From positions 133,378-197,377 of the forward strand of contig CAWDPO010000041.1 in NCBI GenBank assembly GCA_963804165.1: a stretch of DNA of 64,000 nucleotides. Reading direction: 5' to 3'. This DNA comes from an uncultured delta proteobacterium. Lineage in GTDB: Bacteria; Desulfobacterota; Binatia; UBA9968. The position numbers and the translations under genes were made by a program. A model generated the notes under the pieces. It was not told where the DNA came from. It did no database searches and was given only the letters and a program-made list of their open reading frames with translations. This document shows, one piece after another, positions 19,578 through 28,650 of the stretch (position 1 is its first letter; each line of letters begins with the position of its first letter).

Positions 19578-20729
19578 TTAACGTTCGGTTGGTGTGAGAA
19601 TGATCACCTTGATCAGCAATTCGCGGTCGGATTTCGCTGCCAGCTCATTTGACATGATGCCGGTTTTCTTCTCTGACTCAATTGCGGCTTCGGTGGCGAG
19701 TTCTTTCCGAAACTGGTCGTAACGTTCAGCCGGTACCGTAAACCACCTAATTTCCGTCAACGAATTCGGCGCTGCCGCAACGGAACCTGCTCGTTTCGCC
19801 GCGGCAGCGGATGTCACTGCATCCGCTTCGGCCCGCTGGCGTTGCAGACTCCCGGATACCGGGCGATCGCCGCTTGGTTTGTCCGTTTGATCGCTGCGCT
19901 CCCCGGCACGGCGCCTGACGACAAACTCCACGTCAGCGCTCGGCTCGGTCATCGGAGATACCGACGGTTCAGGGGCAAATATTCCGGAACGTAGCGAGCC
20001 GCGGAGCGTTGTGCCGATGTCGAAAGCATCGCCGCTGGGGCGGAAGTTTTCTCTGCCAGTGGCAACTTCTTGCGCCTGAATGGGCGGACGGCGCGGCGCG
20101 TCTTTGAACTCTGTCGCGTTGTTTTCCGTTTTGGCTGACGGCTGAGATGCCGCCGGCGCCTCTTCTTTTGACAACAGGGAGTCCGCAACCGTCTTGCGGC
20201 GGGCTTCTGCGGCGGACAGCTGGGCGATCGCTACGTCAGGGTTACGATCGCGCTTAGCATCTTTGGCGATCGGCGCTGCAGGTGCGACGGGTTGGCTGGA
20301 ATCACTCTCGGCGTTTACTTTCCGCTCGGACGGCAACTGCATTGCCGGCACAGGCGCGCTCAGTTCGTCCGGCCGGTTATTCTTGATTTGTGATTCCTTC
20401 TGATAGAGAAAGACCGCCAAAATCGCAACCAGGACAACGGCTGCGGCTTGCATCGGCATGCCGATTTTGAGCGGCGGGGATATCCTCTGCCAGAACATTG
20501 GCTTGACCTCGATCTCTCGTACTTGAGCCATTATCCGCTGGGCAAAGCCCGCCGGCGGGTCGACCCTTGGCAGCTGAGCCACTTGTTTAACGCAATCGAG
20601 GATACCATCGGCTTCTTCGTGGCAAAGAGGGCAAGACAGAAGGTGCATTTCGATGTTTTTCATCCGGAGCGAGTCGAGGGACTTTTCCAGATAGTTTGGA
20701 AGCTCGATTTGCACTTCTTGACAATTCAT
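19578..20729 (-). CDS. Zinc-binding anti-sigma factor (zf-HC2)
   Basis: N-terminal C and HLLSCPLC, one TM segment; overlaps the ECF sigma stop. Confidence 0.85.
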   Translation of the reverse strand: MNCQEVQIELPNYLEKSLDSLRMKNIEMHLLSCPLCHEEADGILDCVKQVAQLPRVDPPAGFAQRIMAQVREIEVKPMFWQRISPPLKIGMPMQAAAVVLVAILAVFLYQKESQIKNNRPDELSAPVPAMQLPSERKVNAESDSSQPVAPAAPIAKDAKRDRNPDVAIAQLSAAEARRKTVADSLLSKEEAPAASQPSAKTENNATEFKDAPRRPPIQAQEVATGRENFRPSGDAFDIGTTLRGSLRSGIFAPEPSVSPMTEPSADVEFVVRRRAGERSDQTDKPSGDRPVSGSLQRQRAEADAVTSAAAAKRAGSVAAAPNSLTEIRWFTVPAERYDQFRKELATEAAIESEKKTGIMSNELAAKSDRELLIKVIILTPTER

Positions 20730-21304
20730 ATCGCTTTCCTTCCCGCGTAGAAATGTGGCGCGAGCTGCGCTTTGAGAGCTTGTCGTGCCCGATGCAGCCG
20801 GGATTTTACCGTCCCCACAGGTATCTCGAGCACGCGCGCGACTTCGTCATAGGGGATGTCTTGCAGGTCTCTAAGCAGGAGAACCTTCGCGTCTTCCGGG
20901 TCGAGCTGGCTCAACGCATGTTGCACTCGTTCACGAATTTGTTTTTTTTCTAATGTTTCTGGAGGGCCGGGCTGGGGATCGCTGAGCAGATCGGCACTCT
21001 CGATCGGCACTATCCGCTGCTGTCTCGCGCCGAGGCTTTTGCGCCTCGTGCTCGAATGATTTAGCGCGATTCGGTAAAGCCATGTGGAAAAATTGGCATC
21101 GCCGCGAAACTGACCAACGGCGCGAAAGGCAGACAAGAAGACTTCCTGGGAAACCTCAGCGGCCTCGTCGTAGTCACCAAGCATGCGATAGACCAAATTA
21201 AAAATCGTCTTTTCGTGACGGCGAACCAGTATCTCGAAGGCGTCCGTTTCTCCGCGCTGCAGCCTCCGGACGCATTCCGCGTCGCTGATCCCGTCCGACA
21301 CCAT
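20726..21304 (-). CDS. ECF RNA polymerase sigma factor (RpoE-like)
   Basis: AFEILVRRH, FSTWLYRIALN, GTVKSRLHRAR. Confidence 0.92.
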   Translation of the reverse strand: MVSDGISDAECVRRLQRGETDAFEILVRRHEKTIFNLVYRMLGDYDEAAEVSQEVFLSAFRAVGQFRGDANFSTWLYRIALNHSSTRRKSLGARQQRIVPIESADLLSDPQPGPPETLEKKQIRERVQHALSQLDPEDAKVLLLRDLQDIPYDEVARVLEIPVGTVKSRLHRARQALKAQLAPHFYAGRKAI

Positions 21305-21400
21305 CTCGTTTGACTGATTAGACAAATCCTTCAAGAAAAGGTTCCCGATTCGCCGACCTTACCTAAAATAGCGAGATTGCGGGAAGTTTACCAATCTTAG

Positions 21401-22741
21401 TTACCCCGTAGCTAGTCCCGTACGGTCCTCGACGCGGTGTCCTCTGGCGGACTCATTCCGCCTGTGATTGAGGCGGCTGGCGAGCTGCTTGAGTCTATTG
21501 ACCTCCCGGGTGCCGAGCCGATGCAGTGTAAAGGCGGTCTTATTGTGCCAAAGCGGCTCATCGAGGTCGATCCAGCGGCGGCACTGCTCACCGTCCGGAG
21601 TCCCTGGGATAGGTGAAAATTCGGAAAGCATGACTTTGATTCCTAGCGCATGTGCCAAATGCATCGAATCCTCGACTGACTGTTCAGCATTATTTGGATG
21701 ACCGACGATCAGATAGGCGTGCAGGCACGCCGCATCGGCGCCTGCGCCCATCAAGTTCGTCACCGCCCGCTCAAGTTCGTGGGAATATACTTTGCCGCCG
21801 GTCTTTTTTTGCCATGCGTAGGCGCCGCTTTCGAATCCCAGATAGAAATGGTCAAAGCCGGCGTCAACCATCAATTGCGCCAGACCGCGGTCGATGAAGC
21901 GCGCATTGAGCGCATTGGGCGTGTGAAAATTTACTCTGATGTTGCGCTGGAGCGCCGCCCTTAGGAACGGTTTGAGAATCTGCTCGGGCTGGGAGAGCAG
22001 GGCATCGTCATAGAATGCGACATGCTCGACACCAAGTTGGTTTAAGAATTCGAGCTCGGCGATGGACTGGTTGAGCGGCCGCGCGCGAAACTTTGGGTAG
22101 ACTTGCGGCACCGAACAGTAGGTGCAGCGAAACGGGCAGCCATCGGCGAGCTTGAGCACGCCGGTTCGCAACTTCGGATAGAGATCCCAAAGGGGCATCT
22201 GTCGATCGTCCGGCGCGATTTCCAGAAATCGCCACAGCGGAACAAGATCCGTTCCTTCGAGGACGAAATCAACGCCAAGCGCTCTGGCATGCGGCGCGCA
22301 AACTGTGGCGTACACGCCGCCGAGGACAATTTTGGTTTTTGGCGAAAAGGCACGAAGATCATCGATGATCTCCCGAACACCGGGATACCAATAGGTCATG
22401 ACGGTTTGCACCAGGACAAAGTCGAAGGGCGCCTGACTGGCGAGAAAATTTTGGAACTCGGCTCGCGGCAGACCGAAACGGCGAAAATGTCGCGGAATCT
22501 CCGCGAAGATCGTCGGCTTAGCCACAATCTCGGAGTAAAATTCACCCCGTCCCCAGCGGTCGGTCCGATAATTTCCCGGCGGCACTCGCAGATCGAGGCG
22601 GTCGAGGAAATCGAACAGGCTGAAGTCGGCTTGCCCGCGCAGAAAACCGGCCACGCGCAACAGGCCGTACGGCTTCAGCCAGAAATCATATGCGGAGAAA
22701 TCGTAAACCGGCGGGTTGACGAGAAGGATACGCGGCTTCAT
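21401..22741 (-). CDS. Cobalamin-binding radical SAM protein
   Basis: ILLVNPP, KPYGLL, IVLGGVYAT, GCPFRCTYC. Confidence 0.88.
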   Translation of the reverse strand: MKPRILLVNPPVYDFSAYDFWLKPYGLLRVAGFLRGQADFSLFDFLDRLDLRVPPGNYRTDRWGRGEFYSEIVAKPTIFAEIPRHFRRFGLPRAEFQNFLASQAPFDFVLVQTVMTYWYPGVREIIDDLRAFSPKTKIVLGGVYATVCAPHARALGVDFVLEGTDLVPLWRFLEIAPDDRQMPLWDLYPKLRTGVLKLADGCPFRCTYCSVPQVYPKFRARPLNQSIAELEFLNQLGVEHVAFYDDALLSQPEQILKPFLRAALQRNIRVNFHTPNALNARFIDRGLAQLMVDAGFDHFYLGFESGAYAWQKKTGGKVYSHELERAVTNLMGAGADAACLHAYLIVGHPNNAEQSVEDSMHLAHALGIKVMLSEFSPIPGTPDGEQCRRWIDLDEPLWHNKTAFTLHRLGTREVNRLKQLASRLNHRRNESARGHRVEDRTGLATG

Positions 22742-22763
22742 GCGAATGCGCTACCGCCAAGCT

Positions 22764-23696
22764 TCATAACAGTTCGTGCCACAGATGACTGAACTCGGTG
22801 GCGACAACTTGCGTGTAAGGCACCGGACCGGTGAGTAGCCCGATATCCTTGGCGAAGCGATTCATGCTGGCAACTTTTTCTTCGGAAATGCGCGGATCAT
22901 AGTAGGGAAGATCGCGCCGCACCAGCTCGGCGATCAGCTCTGCTTCAGGCGGCGGAAAGCGCTTCCTGCCGACTTCGGTTGCGCGGCTTGGGTCTTCTTT
23001 GAGGACTTTGTGTGCCTTCATGAGTGCGCGGATGGCGGCGGTTGCGGCAGCGGATTGTTCGTGGATCAGCTTATCCGTGGCGACCAGCGCCGAAAACGTA
23101 TAATCCCGCGCCCCAGTCGGACCGTCGCCCCGGCGCACATCCAACACCATGGTGCCGATGCCGCGACGCAGTGCGACCTCGCAACCCATACCATTGGCCC
23201 AAAAGCCGTCGAGCTTGCCGTCTTCGAGTGCTTTGGCTGCGGAGAGTCCAAACGAGACGTTGGGGCCGCTAGCGCCGGGAATGGGAATAATTTGCACGTT
23301 ATTTTCTTCCGGATCGATCCCCGCTTCGACGAGCATTCGCTGCAAACTCAAATTCACTCCAGGCGCGGCGCCGATGCGCAGCCCTTTAACGACGCTCAAA
23401 TCGCCACGCTTGGGATGCAGATCACTGCGGATGACCAAAAACCAGTAGGTATGCTGGCCGCAGGCGGCGAGCAACTTTGCGCCGCGCCACTCCGGGAAGG
23501 CAAGCAGCGTGGCGTGTGCCGAGCCGACGACAAAATCAAGCTCGCTATCACGCAATGCTTCGAAGGTTTTCGGAATGGGAAACAACAAATCGACCGAAGC
23601 GTCGAACCCTTCTTCCTTAAAAAACCCCAATTCGACTGCGGCGATGATAGGAAAATAAGAGTTCGATACCAAATCCGGAACCGCGATGCGAAGCAT
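22764..23696 (-). CDS. NMT1/THI5-like substrate-binding protein (no obvious signal peptide)
   Basis: AVELGFFKEEG, KGLRIGAAPG. Confidence 0.8.
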   Translation of the reverse strand: MLRIAVPDLVSNSYFPIIAAVELGFFKEEGFDASVDLLFPIPKTFEALRDSELDFVVGSAHATLLAFPEWRGAKLLAACGQHTYWFLVIRSDLHPKRGDLSVVKGLRIGAAPGVNLSLQRMLVEAGIDPEENNVQIIPIPGASGPNVSFGLSAAKALEDGKLDGFWANGMGCEVALRRGIGTMVLDVRRGDGPTGARDYTFSALVATDKLIHEQSAAATAAIRALMKAHKVLKEDPSRATEVGRKRFPPPEAELIAELVRRDLPYYDPRISEEKVASMNRFAKDIGLLTGPVPYTQVVATEFSHLWHELL

Positions 23697-23733
23697 GGTT
23701 ACTCCCAAGTAACAATTTTAGGCGTCTTTAAAT

Positions 23734-23806
23734 GACTGGAACGATTGGAACTGCTGGAACGTCTGGAACTGTTCCAATCGTTCCAAAAGTTCCAGCAGTT
23801 CCAAAA
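23734..23806. repeat. Inverted pair of 9-bp tandem arrays (4 x NNNTGGAAC facing 4 x GTTCCANNN)
   Basis: GACTGGAAC GATTGGAAC TGCTGGAAC GTCTGGAAC T GTTCCAATC GTTCCAAAA GTTCCAGCA GTTCCAAAA. Confidence 0.9.
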
Positions 23807-23837
23807 AACTAGATCGAGCATGAAGATGCCAATGAAA

Positions 23838-24188
23838 TCAGTCCGCCAATGGCACGGTCATGAAAATATGCGGCTCGTTGCCGAGCACGCGTGAGACATG
23901 CCCTTCGCCGGTGATATCGTCGGCGAGCATCACGTCTCCGGTCCTGAAGATTCGTCTAACGCCGTTGCTGGCTTCGATCTCCCAAGCGCCGGACAGAGTC
24001 ACGAGGTACTGGCGGCGGGGCGCCGGGTGGCGTTCGATAACGAGCCCTGCCGGGGCGCTGCGAAAAACCGCGCTGGTCGCGACGCGCGAGTCCGTTGTCA
24101 GCATCGGTTGATTGCCGGCAAATTTCAGCTCTATCTCCTCGAAGTGAGATTTTTGGTCGCTGCCGGTATAAAGCCGGGCGATTTTCAT
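23838..24188 (-). CDS. Cupin-like small protein
   Basis: SHFE, HPAPRRQY, GDVMLADDITGEGH. Confidence 0.75.
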   Translation of the reverse strand: MKIARLYTGSDQKSHFEEIELKFAGNQPMLTTDSRVATSAVFRSAPAGLVIERHPAPRRQYLVTLSGAWEIEASNGVRRIFRTGDVMLADDITGEGHVSRVLGNEPHIFMTVPLAD

Positions 24189-24252
24189 TTGTTCCTCCAA
24201 TCGTTTCGAATTTGGGCACGAAACTTGGAATGATTCAGCGGCCGGGTGAATC

Positions 24253-24897
24253 TCATAATGGAGTTTGTCTTCGATCCATTGCCTGATGCCATTTCATTTC
24301 AGCATCTTTGCCAAAGATCAAAGCCTTGTCGGCCGGAATTACGAACCAGCCATTGTTCTTGATTTCGGCCTCGAGTTGTCCCGGCGCCCAGCCGGCATAG
24401 CCGAGCATGATCAGGGATTGTCTTGGTCCTTTCCCCGCAGCGATCGCCTCGATCATCTTGATGTCCGAAGTCATGGCGATTCCATCTTTCACTTTCGTTG
24501 AGGTTTCCAGCTTGACGTCGTCGCTGTGCAGCACAAATCCTTGCAGACTGCTCACCGGTCCGCCGTAGTGGATGACAACCTCGCGTTTGGAACCCTTTGC
24601 CGCCGCGCCGAATCCCTTGAGCAGATCGTCAATGGGACCTTTAGCCAAAGGGCGATTGATGACCAGCCCTAGAGTGCCTTCGGAGTCGTGTTTGACCATG
24701 TAGATAACGGTCTCGACGAAGCGCGGATCGGTCATTTCCTCGGTGGCAACCAACAGTTGCCCGGCAAATTCGGCCTCGGTTTCCGCGGCCATCGGTACAT
24801 GCCGTAGCAAAAGCAGGCATGCGAGGACTGCGAGCGCGCGTATCGAAATTGTAGAATAAAATCTGGCGGAGCGATCCTGATTGGAGATCCACTTCAT
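24253..24897 (-). CDS. YqgE/AlgH family protein
   Basis: GLVINRP, YGGPV, GYAGWAPGQLEAEI. Confidence 0.9.
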   Translation of the reverse strand: MKWISNQDRSARFYSTISIRALAVLACLLLLRHVPMAAETEAEFAGQLLVATEEMTDPRFVETVIYMVKHDSEGTLGLVINRPLAKGPIDDLLKGFGAAAKGSKREVVIHYGGPVSSLQGFVLHSDDVKLETSTKVKDGIAMTSDIKMIEAIAAGKGPRQSLIMLGYAGWAPGQLEAEIKNNGWFVIPADKALIFGKDAEMKWHQAMDRRQTPL

Positions 24898-24918
24898 GAA
24901 AGTTGATGTTCGCCAGAT

Positions 24919-25350
24919 TCAGCCGCGTACCTTAGGTCCGACGCTTTCGATATTGATCCGAATGATGACGCGCTTCTCGCGCGCCATGCGCTCGTGAAAT
25001 TCCGGCCAGCTCTTGTGCTCGCCGTAGACTTGGCGCTGCAGATAGATAAGTATGTCGAGCGCGTGAGGTAGAGAAATGATCTCTGCGGCACCATTGATCT
25101 GCACCCAACCTTCGCCGTGAAAAGAAGCGGTGATGGCGCACAGCGCGGCGCGCGGATCGCGCCTTAAGTTATTAACCTTGTAAGCGGTCTCTCGGCTGCT
25201 GATAATCGCTCTGCCTGCGCTATCCAGACCGACCGTTACCGGCGACATCTGCAGGTTGCCGTTCTTGCGCTGCGTCGCCAGAATGCCCCAGTGATGCTTT
25301 TGTAAGAATTCCTTAGCTATTTCGATCTCGACCGCAATAAATTCCGCCAT
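24919..25350 (-). CDS. PPOX-class (F420/FMN-binding split-barrel) oxidoreductase
   Basis: LATQRKNGNLQMSPV, KVNNLRRDPR, EKRVIIRI. Confidence 0.8.
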   Translation of the reverse strand: MAEFIAVEIEIAKEFLQKHHWGILATQRKNGNLQMSPVTVGLDSAGRAIISSRETAYKVNNLRRDPRAALCAITASFHGEGWVQINGAAEIISLPHALDILIYLQRQVYGEHKSWPEFHERMAREKRVIIRINIESVGPKVRG

Positions 25351-25523
25351 TGCTCATGCACCTCAAAAGATCGACTCGAATGTGACTGAAACGATCTTCG
25401 ACACTAGAATACAGGTCGAGCCGTTTGCAAGAGCCTCTCGTATTCCTTGGCGCGTTTACGACCTCTTCGCCTTGACCGGTTACCTTCCTTGCCCTATAAC
25501 GAAAGCATAAAGAGGAACAACGG

Positions 25524-26213
25524 ATGGCGATGACGGTTCCACAGATGACGCTGCCTGAAATTTTGCCGGTGTTTCCGCTAACCGGCGTGATGCTGCTTCC
25601 GGGTACGGTGCTGCCGCTGCACATTTTCGAGCCGCGTTATCGCGCCATGGTCGAAGACGCGATCGAAGCTGACAAAATTTTTGGCATGATCCAACCCTAC
25701 GTCCCGCAAGACGATAACCGGGGGCCGCAACCGGGCGCAGAAAACTCGGCTCCTGATTTATATAAGGTCGGCTGTGCGGGTTATATCGAGCAATGGGAAA
25801 AACTGCCGGACGGCAGATTTTTTGTTCAGGTTAAGGGCGTCAACCGATTTCGCATCTCCGAAGAGGTGGCGCTGCAGCGCGGTTACCGTCGCATCAAAGC
25901 GGTGTATCAAGCGTTTGACGATGCAGCCGGTGAGCAAAACTGGCGATGTGACCGGCCGGCGGTACTGCAGGCGCTCGCCACCTATGGCAAAGCTCACGGT
26001 ATGCAAGTCCGGTCGGAACAAGCAGAAAAATTTTCCGACCTGGAATTAGTGAATCTTCTCAGCGTGTCATTGCCGTTTCATCCGGCGGAAAAACAGGCGC
26101 TGCTGGAAGCGCCCGGCCTGAAAGACCGCGAGCTCATGCTGGTCAATTTGCTGCAGCTGGACGCCGAACCGGTAGACCTCACCGCCGACACACCGCCGCG
26201 AACGCTTAATTAA
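25524..26213 (+). CDS. LON peptidase substrate-binding domain protein
   Basis: LPVFPL, LPLHIFEPRYRAM, EKQALLEA. Confidence 0.9.
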   Translation: MAMTVPQMTLPEILPVFPLTGVMLLPGTVLPLHIFEPRYRAMVEDAIEADKIFGMIQPYVPQDDNRGPQPGAENSAPDLYKVGCAGYIEQWEKLPDGRFFVQVKGVNRFRISEEVALQRGYRRIKAVYQAFDDAAGEQNWRCDRPAVLQALATYGKAHGMQVRSEQAEKFSDLELVNLLSVSLPFHPAEKQALLEAPGLKDRELMLVNLLQLDAEPVDLTADTPPRTLN

Positions 26214-26489
26214 CCCGCAGGCCCTTCCCTCTATTTGTAAACGATCGGAAAAATATTTTCATTCGCCTCACGCCGCGTGCATCGGCCTACAATTCAGAGA
26301 TGGAATTGAACAGAGCAGTAATTCGGCAATCTCCAATTTCTAATCGGGCTGGACTTTCAGTTTGCCAACTAATCGCCCGACCTCAGCGCGTTTTAGGTTA
26401 CTCTTCTTCAAGGAAAACCCTAGAGTTCGCCTCTAAAATTATCTAAAATTGCCCCTTCCAGCCCACCGGCCGGGTGGAGGTTGTGAATA

Positions 26490-28520
26490 ATGGCTAAGAA
26501 GATATCCACAAAGCTTGAGAAACACGGTCATACGCGGGTGGATGATTATTATTGGCTGCGCGAGCGGGAAAGCGCGGAGGTTATCAGTTACCTGAATATC
26601 GAAAACGAGCGCGCCGCCAAGGAGATGGCGCATACTCGCGATTTTGAGGAGAGGCTATTTGAGGAGATCAAGGGACGTTTCAAGCAGACCGACATGTCGG
26701 CGCCGTATAAACGCGACGACTATTACTACTACACTCGCTATGAGCAGGGAAAAGAGTATCCGATCTACGCGCGCAAGCGTGGCTCGTTAGAGCAGCCGGA
26801 AGAGATCATGCTCAATGTAAACGCGTTGGCGGAAGGACATGAGTTTTTTTCCGTCGGTGGCACGGCCGTAAGCTCGGGACAGGATCTACTGGCTTACGCG
26901 GTGGACATCGAGGGGCGCCGAATTCACACGACCTATTTGAAAAACCTCAACACCGGCGAAATGCTTCCGGACGTGTTGCCCAACGTGACGGAGAATCTCA
27001 CCTGGGCAAATGATAACAAGACTTTGTTTTACGCCAAGCAGGACGAGACGACACTTCGCCAGTATCAAATTTACCGGCACGTGGTCGGAACCGATCCGGG
27101 GGTGGATCAATTGGTCTACCAAGAAGACGACGAAACCTTTGTCGCATATATCCTCAAAACGAAGTCCAAGAAGTTCTTAATGATTGTTTCGGCGCAAACC
27201 ATCAGCCAGGAGTACCGCTATCTCGACGCCGACGATCCTTGCGGCGAATTCAAAATCTTTCTGGCGCGCGAGCGCGCGCATGAATATCACATCGATCATT
27301 TTCAAGATCGATTCATTATTCGGACCAACGACAATGCGAAGAACTTCCGGTTATTGTCGACGCCGATGGATAAAGCCGAACGAGCGCACTGGCAAGAAAT
27401 CATTCCTCATCGGCAGGACGTGTATCTCGGTGATTTCGAGCTTTTTGAAAATTATTTGGTTTTGGAAGAGCGAGCGCGCGGCCTGACGCAGATTCGCATC
27501 GTTCCCTGGTCTGGCGGCGAAGACCACTACCTGCAATTCGACGAGCCGGCGTATCGCGCGCATCTCGGAGCTAATTTACAGCTCGATACTACAACTTTGC
27601 GCTTCGACTACACGTCGATGAAGACGCCGCTGTCGATTTACGACTACGACATGGTGTCGCGCCAGCGGACCCTGCTCAAACGGGAGGAAGTTTTGGGCGG
27701 ATTCGATTCCGACAATTACGTGACCGAAAGGCTTTACGCCCGCGCCCAGGACGGCACGGAAATTCCCGTCTCGATTCTCTATCGCAAGGGAATGATCAGG
27801 GACGGCGACAATCCGCTTTTGCTTTACGGTTACGGTTCCTACGGGCTGAGCATCGATGCGAGCTTCGCTTCACCGCGCTTGAGCCTGGTCGATCGCGGCT
27901 TTATCTTCGCCATCGCGCATATTCGCGGCGGCCAGGAAATGGGCCGGCAATGGTATGACAACGGCAAACTGCTCAAAAAGAAAAATACCTTTACGGACTT
28001 CATCGCCTGCGCTGAGTTTCTGATTGGCAAAAAATTTACCAGTCCGGAGAAACTATTTGCCATGGGACGGAGCGCCGGCGGGCTACTGACGGGCGCGATC
28101 AGCAACATGCGTCCGGAATTGTTCAAAGGCATCGTCGCCGAAGTGCCGTTCGTCGACGTCGTGACGACGATGCTCGACGCATCGATTCCGTTGACCACCG
28201 GCGAGTACGATGAGTGGGGCGATCCAAACCGGAAAGAATACTACGACTACATGCTGAGCTACTCGCCTTACGACAATGTCGAGAGAAAGGCGTATTCAGC
28301 AATGCTGATCACCGGAGGGCTGCACGACTCTCAGGTGCAATATTGGGAGCCGGCAAAGTGGGCGGCGAAACTGCGCGAGCTCAAGACCGATAAAAATCGC
28401 TTGTTGCTAAAAACCAACATGGAGGCCGGTCATGGTGGCGCTTCGGGCCGTTTTCGCCGTCATCGCGAAACCGCGTTCTCGTATGTGTTCTTATTGGATC
28501 TGGCCGGAATAAAGGAGTAG
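26490..28520 (+). CDS. ptrB: Oligopeptidase B (S9A)
   Basis: DDYYWLR, GRSAGG, DSQVQYWEPAKW, AGHGG. Confidence 0.92.
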   Translation: MAKKISTKLEKHGHTRVDDYYWLRERESAEVISYLNIENERAAKEMAHTRDFEERLFEEIKGRFKQTDMSAPYKRDDYYYYTRYEQGKEYPIYARKRGSLEQPEEIMLNVNALAEGHEFFSVGGTAVSSGQDLLAYAVDIEGRRIHTTYLKNLNTGEMLPDVLPNVTENLTWANDNKTLFYAKQDETTLRQYQIYRHVVGTDPGVDQLVYQEDDETFVAYILKTKSKKFLMIVSAQTISQEYRYLDADDPCGEFKIFLARERAHEYHIDHFQDRFIIRTNDNAKNFRLLSTPMDKAERAHWQEIIPHRQDVYLGDFELFENYLVLEERARGLTQIRIVPWSGGEDHYLQFDEPAYRAHLGANLQLDTTTLRFDYTSMKTPLSIYDYDMVSRQRTLLKREEVLGGFDSDNYVTERLYARAQDGTEIPVSILYRKGMIRDGDNPLLLYGYGSYGLSIDASFASPRLSLVDRGFIFAIAHIRGGQEMGRQWYDNGKLLKKKNTFTDFIACAEFLIGKKFTSPEKLFAMGRSAGGLLTGAISNMRPELFKGIVAEVPFVDVVTTMLDASIPLTTGEYDEWGDPNRKEYYDYMLSYSPYDNVERKAYSAMLITGGLHDSQVQYWEPAKWAAKLRELKTDKNRLLLKTNMEAGHGGASGRFRRHRETAFSYVFLLDLAGIKE

Positions 28521-28650
28521 GCGTGTTCGCTCCGAGTGAAAATTTTGTCACAAACGTCACGAAGCGGAAACTAAGGATTAGCCGCCTTCGTGTACTCCCG
28601 GGTCCTCGAATTTTTAGAGTATTGATTCATAGACCGTGGATCATGCGGGG

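Noticed and set aside
23734-23806. CRISPR array or LexA boxes
   Set aside because: Units are 9 bp with no unique 25-45 bp spacers and no cas genes; GTTC spacing is N5, not N7.
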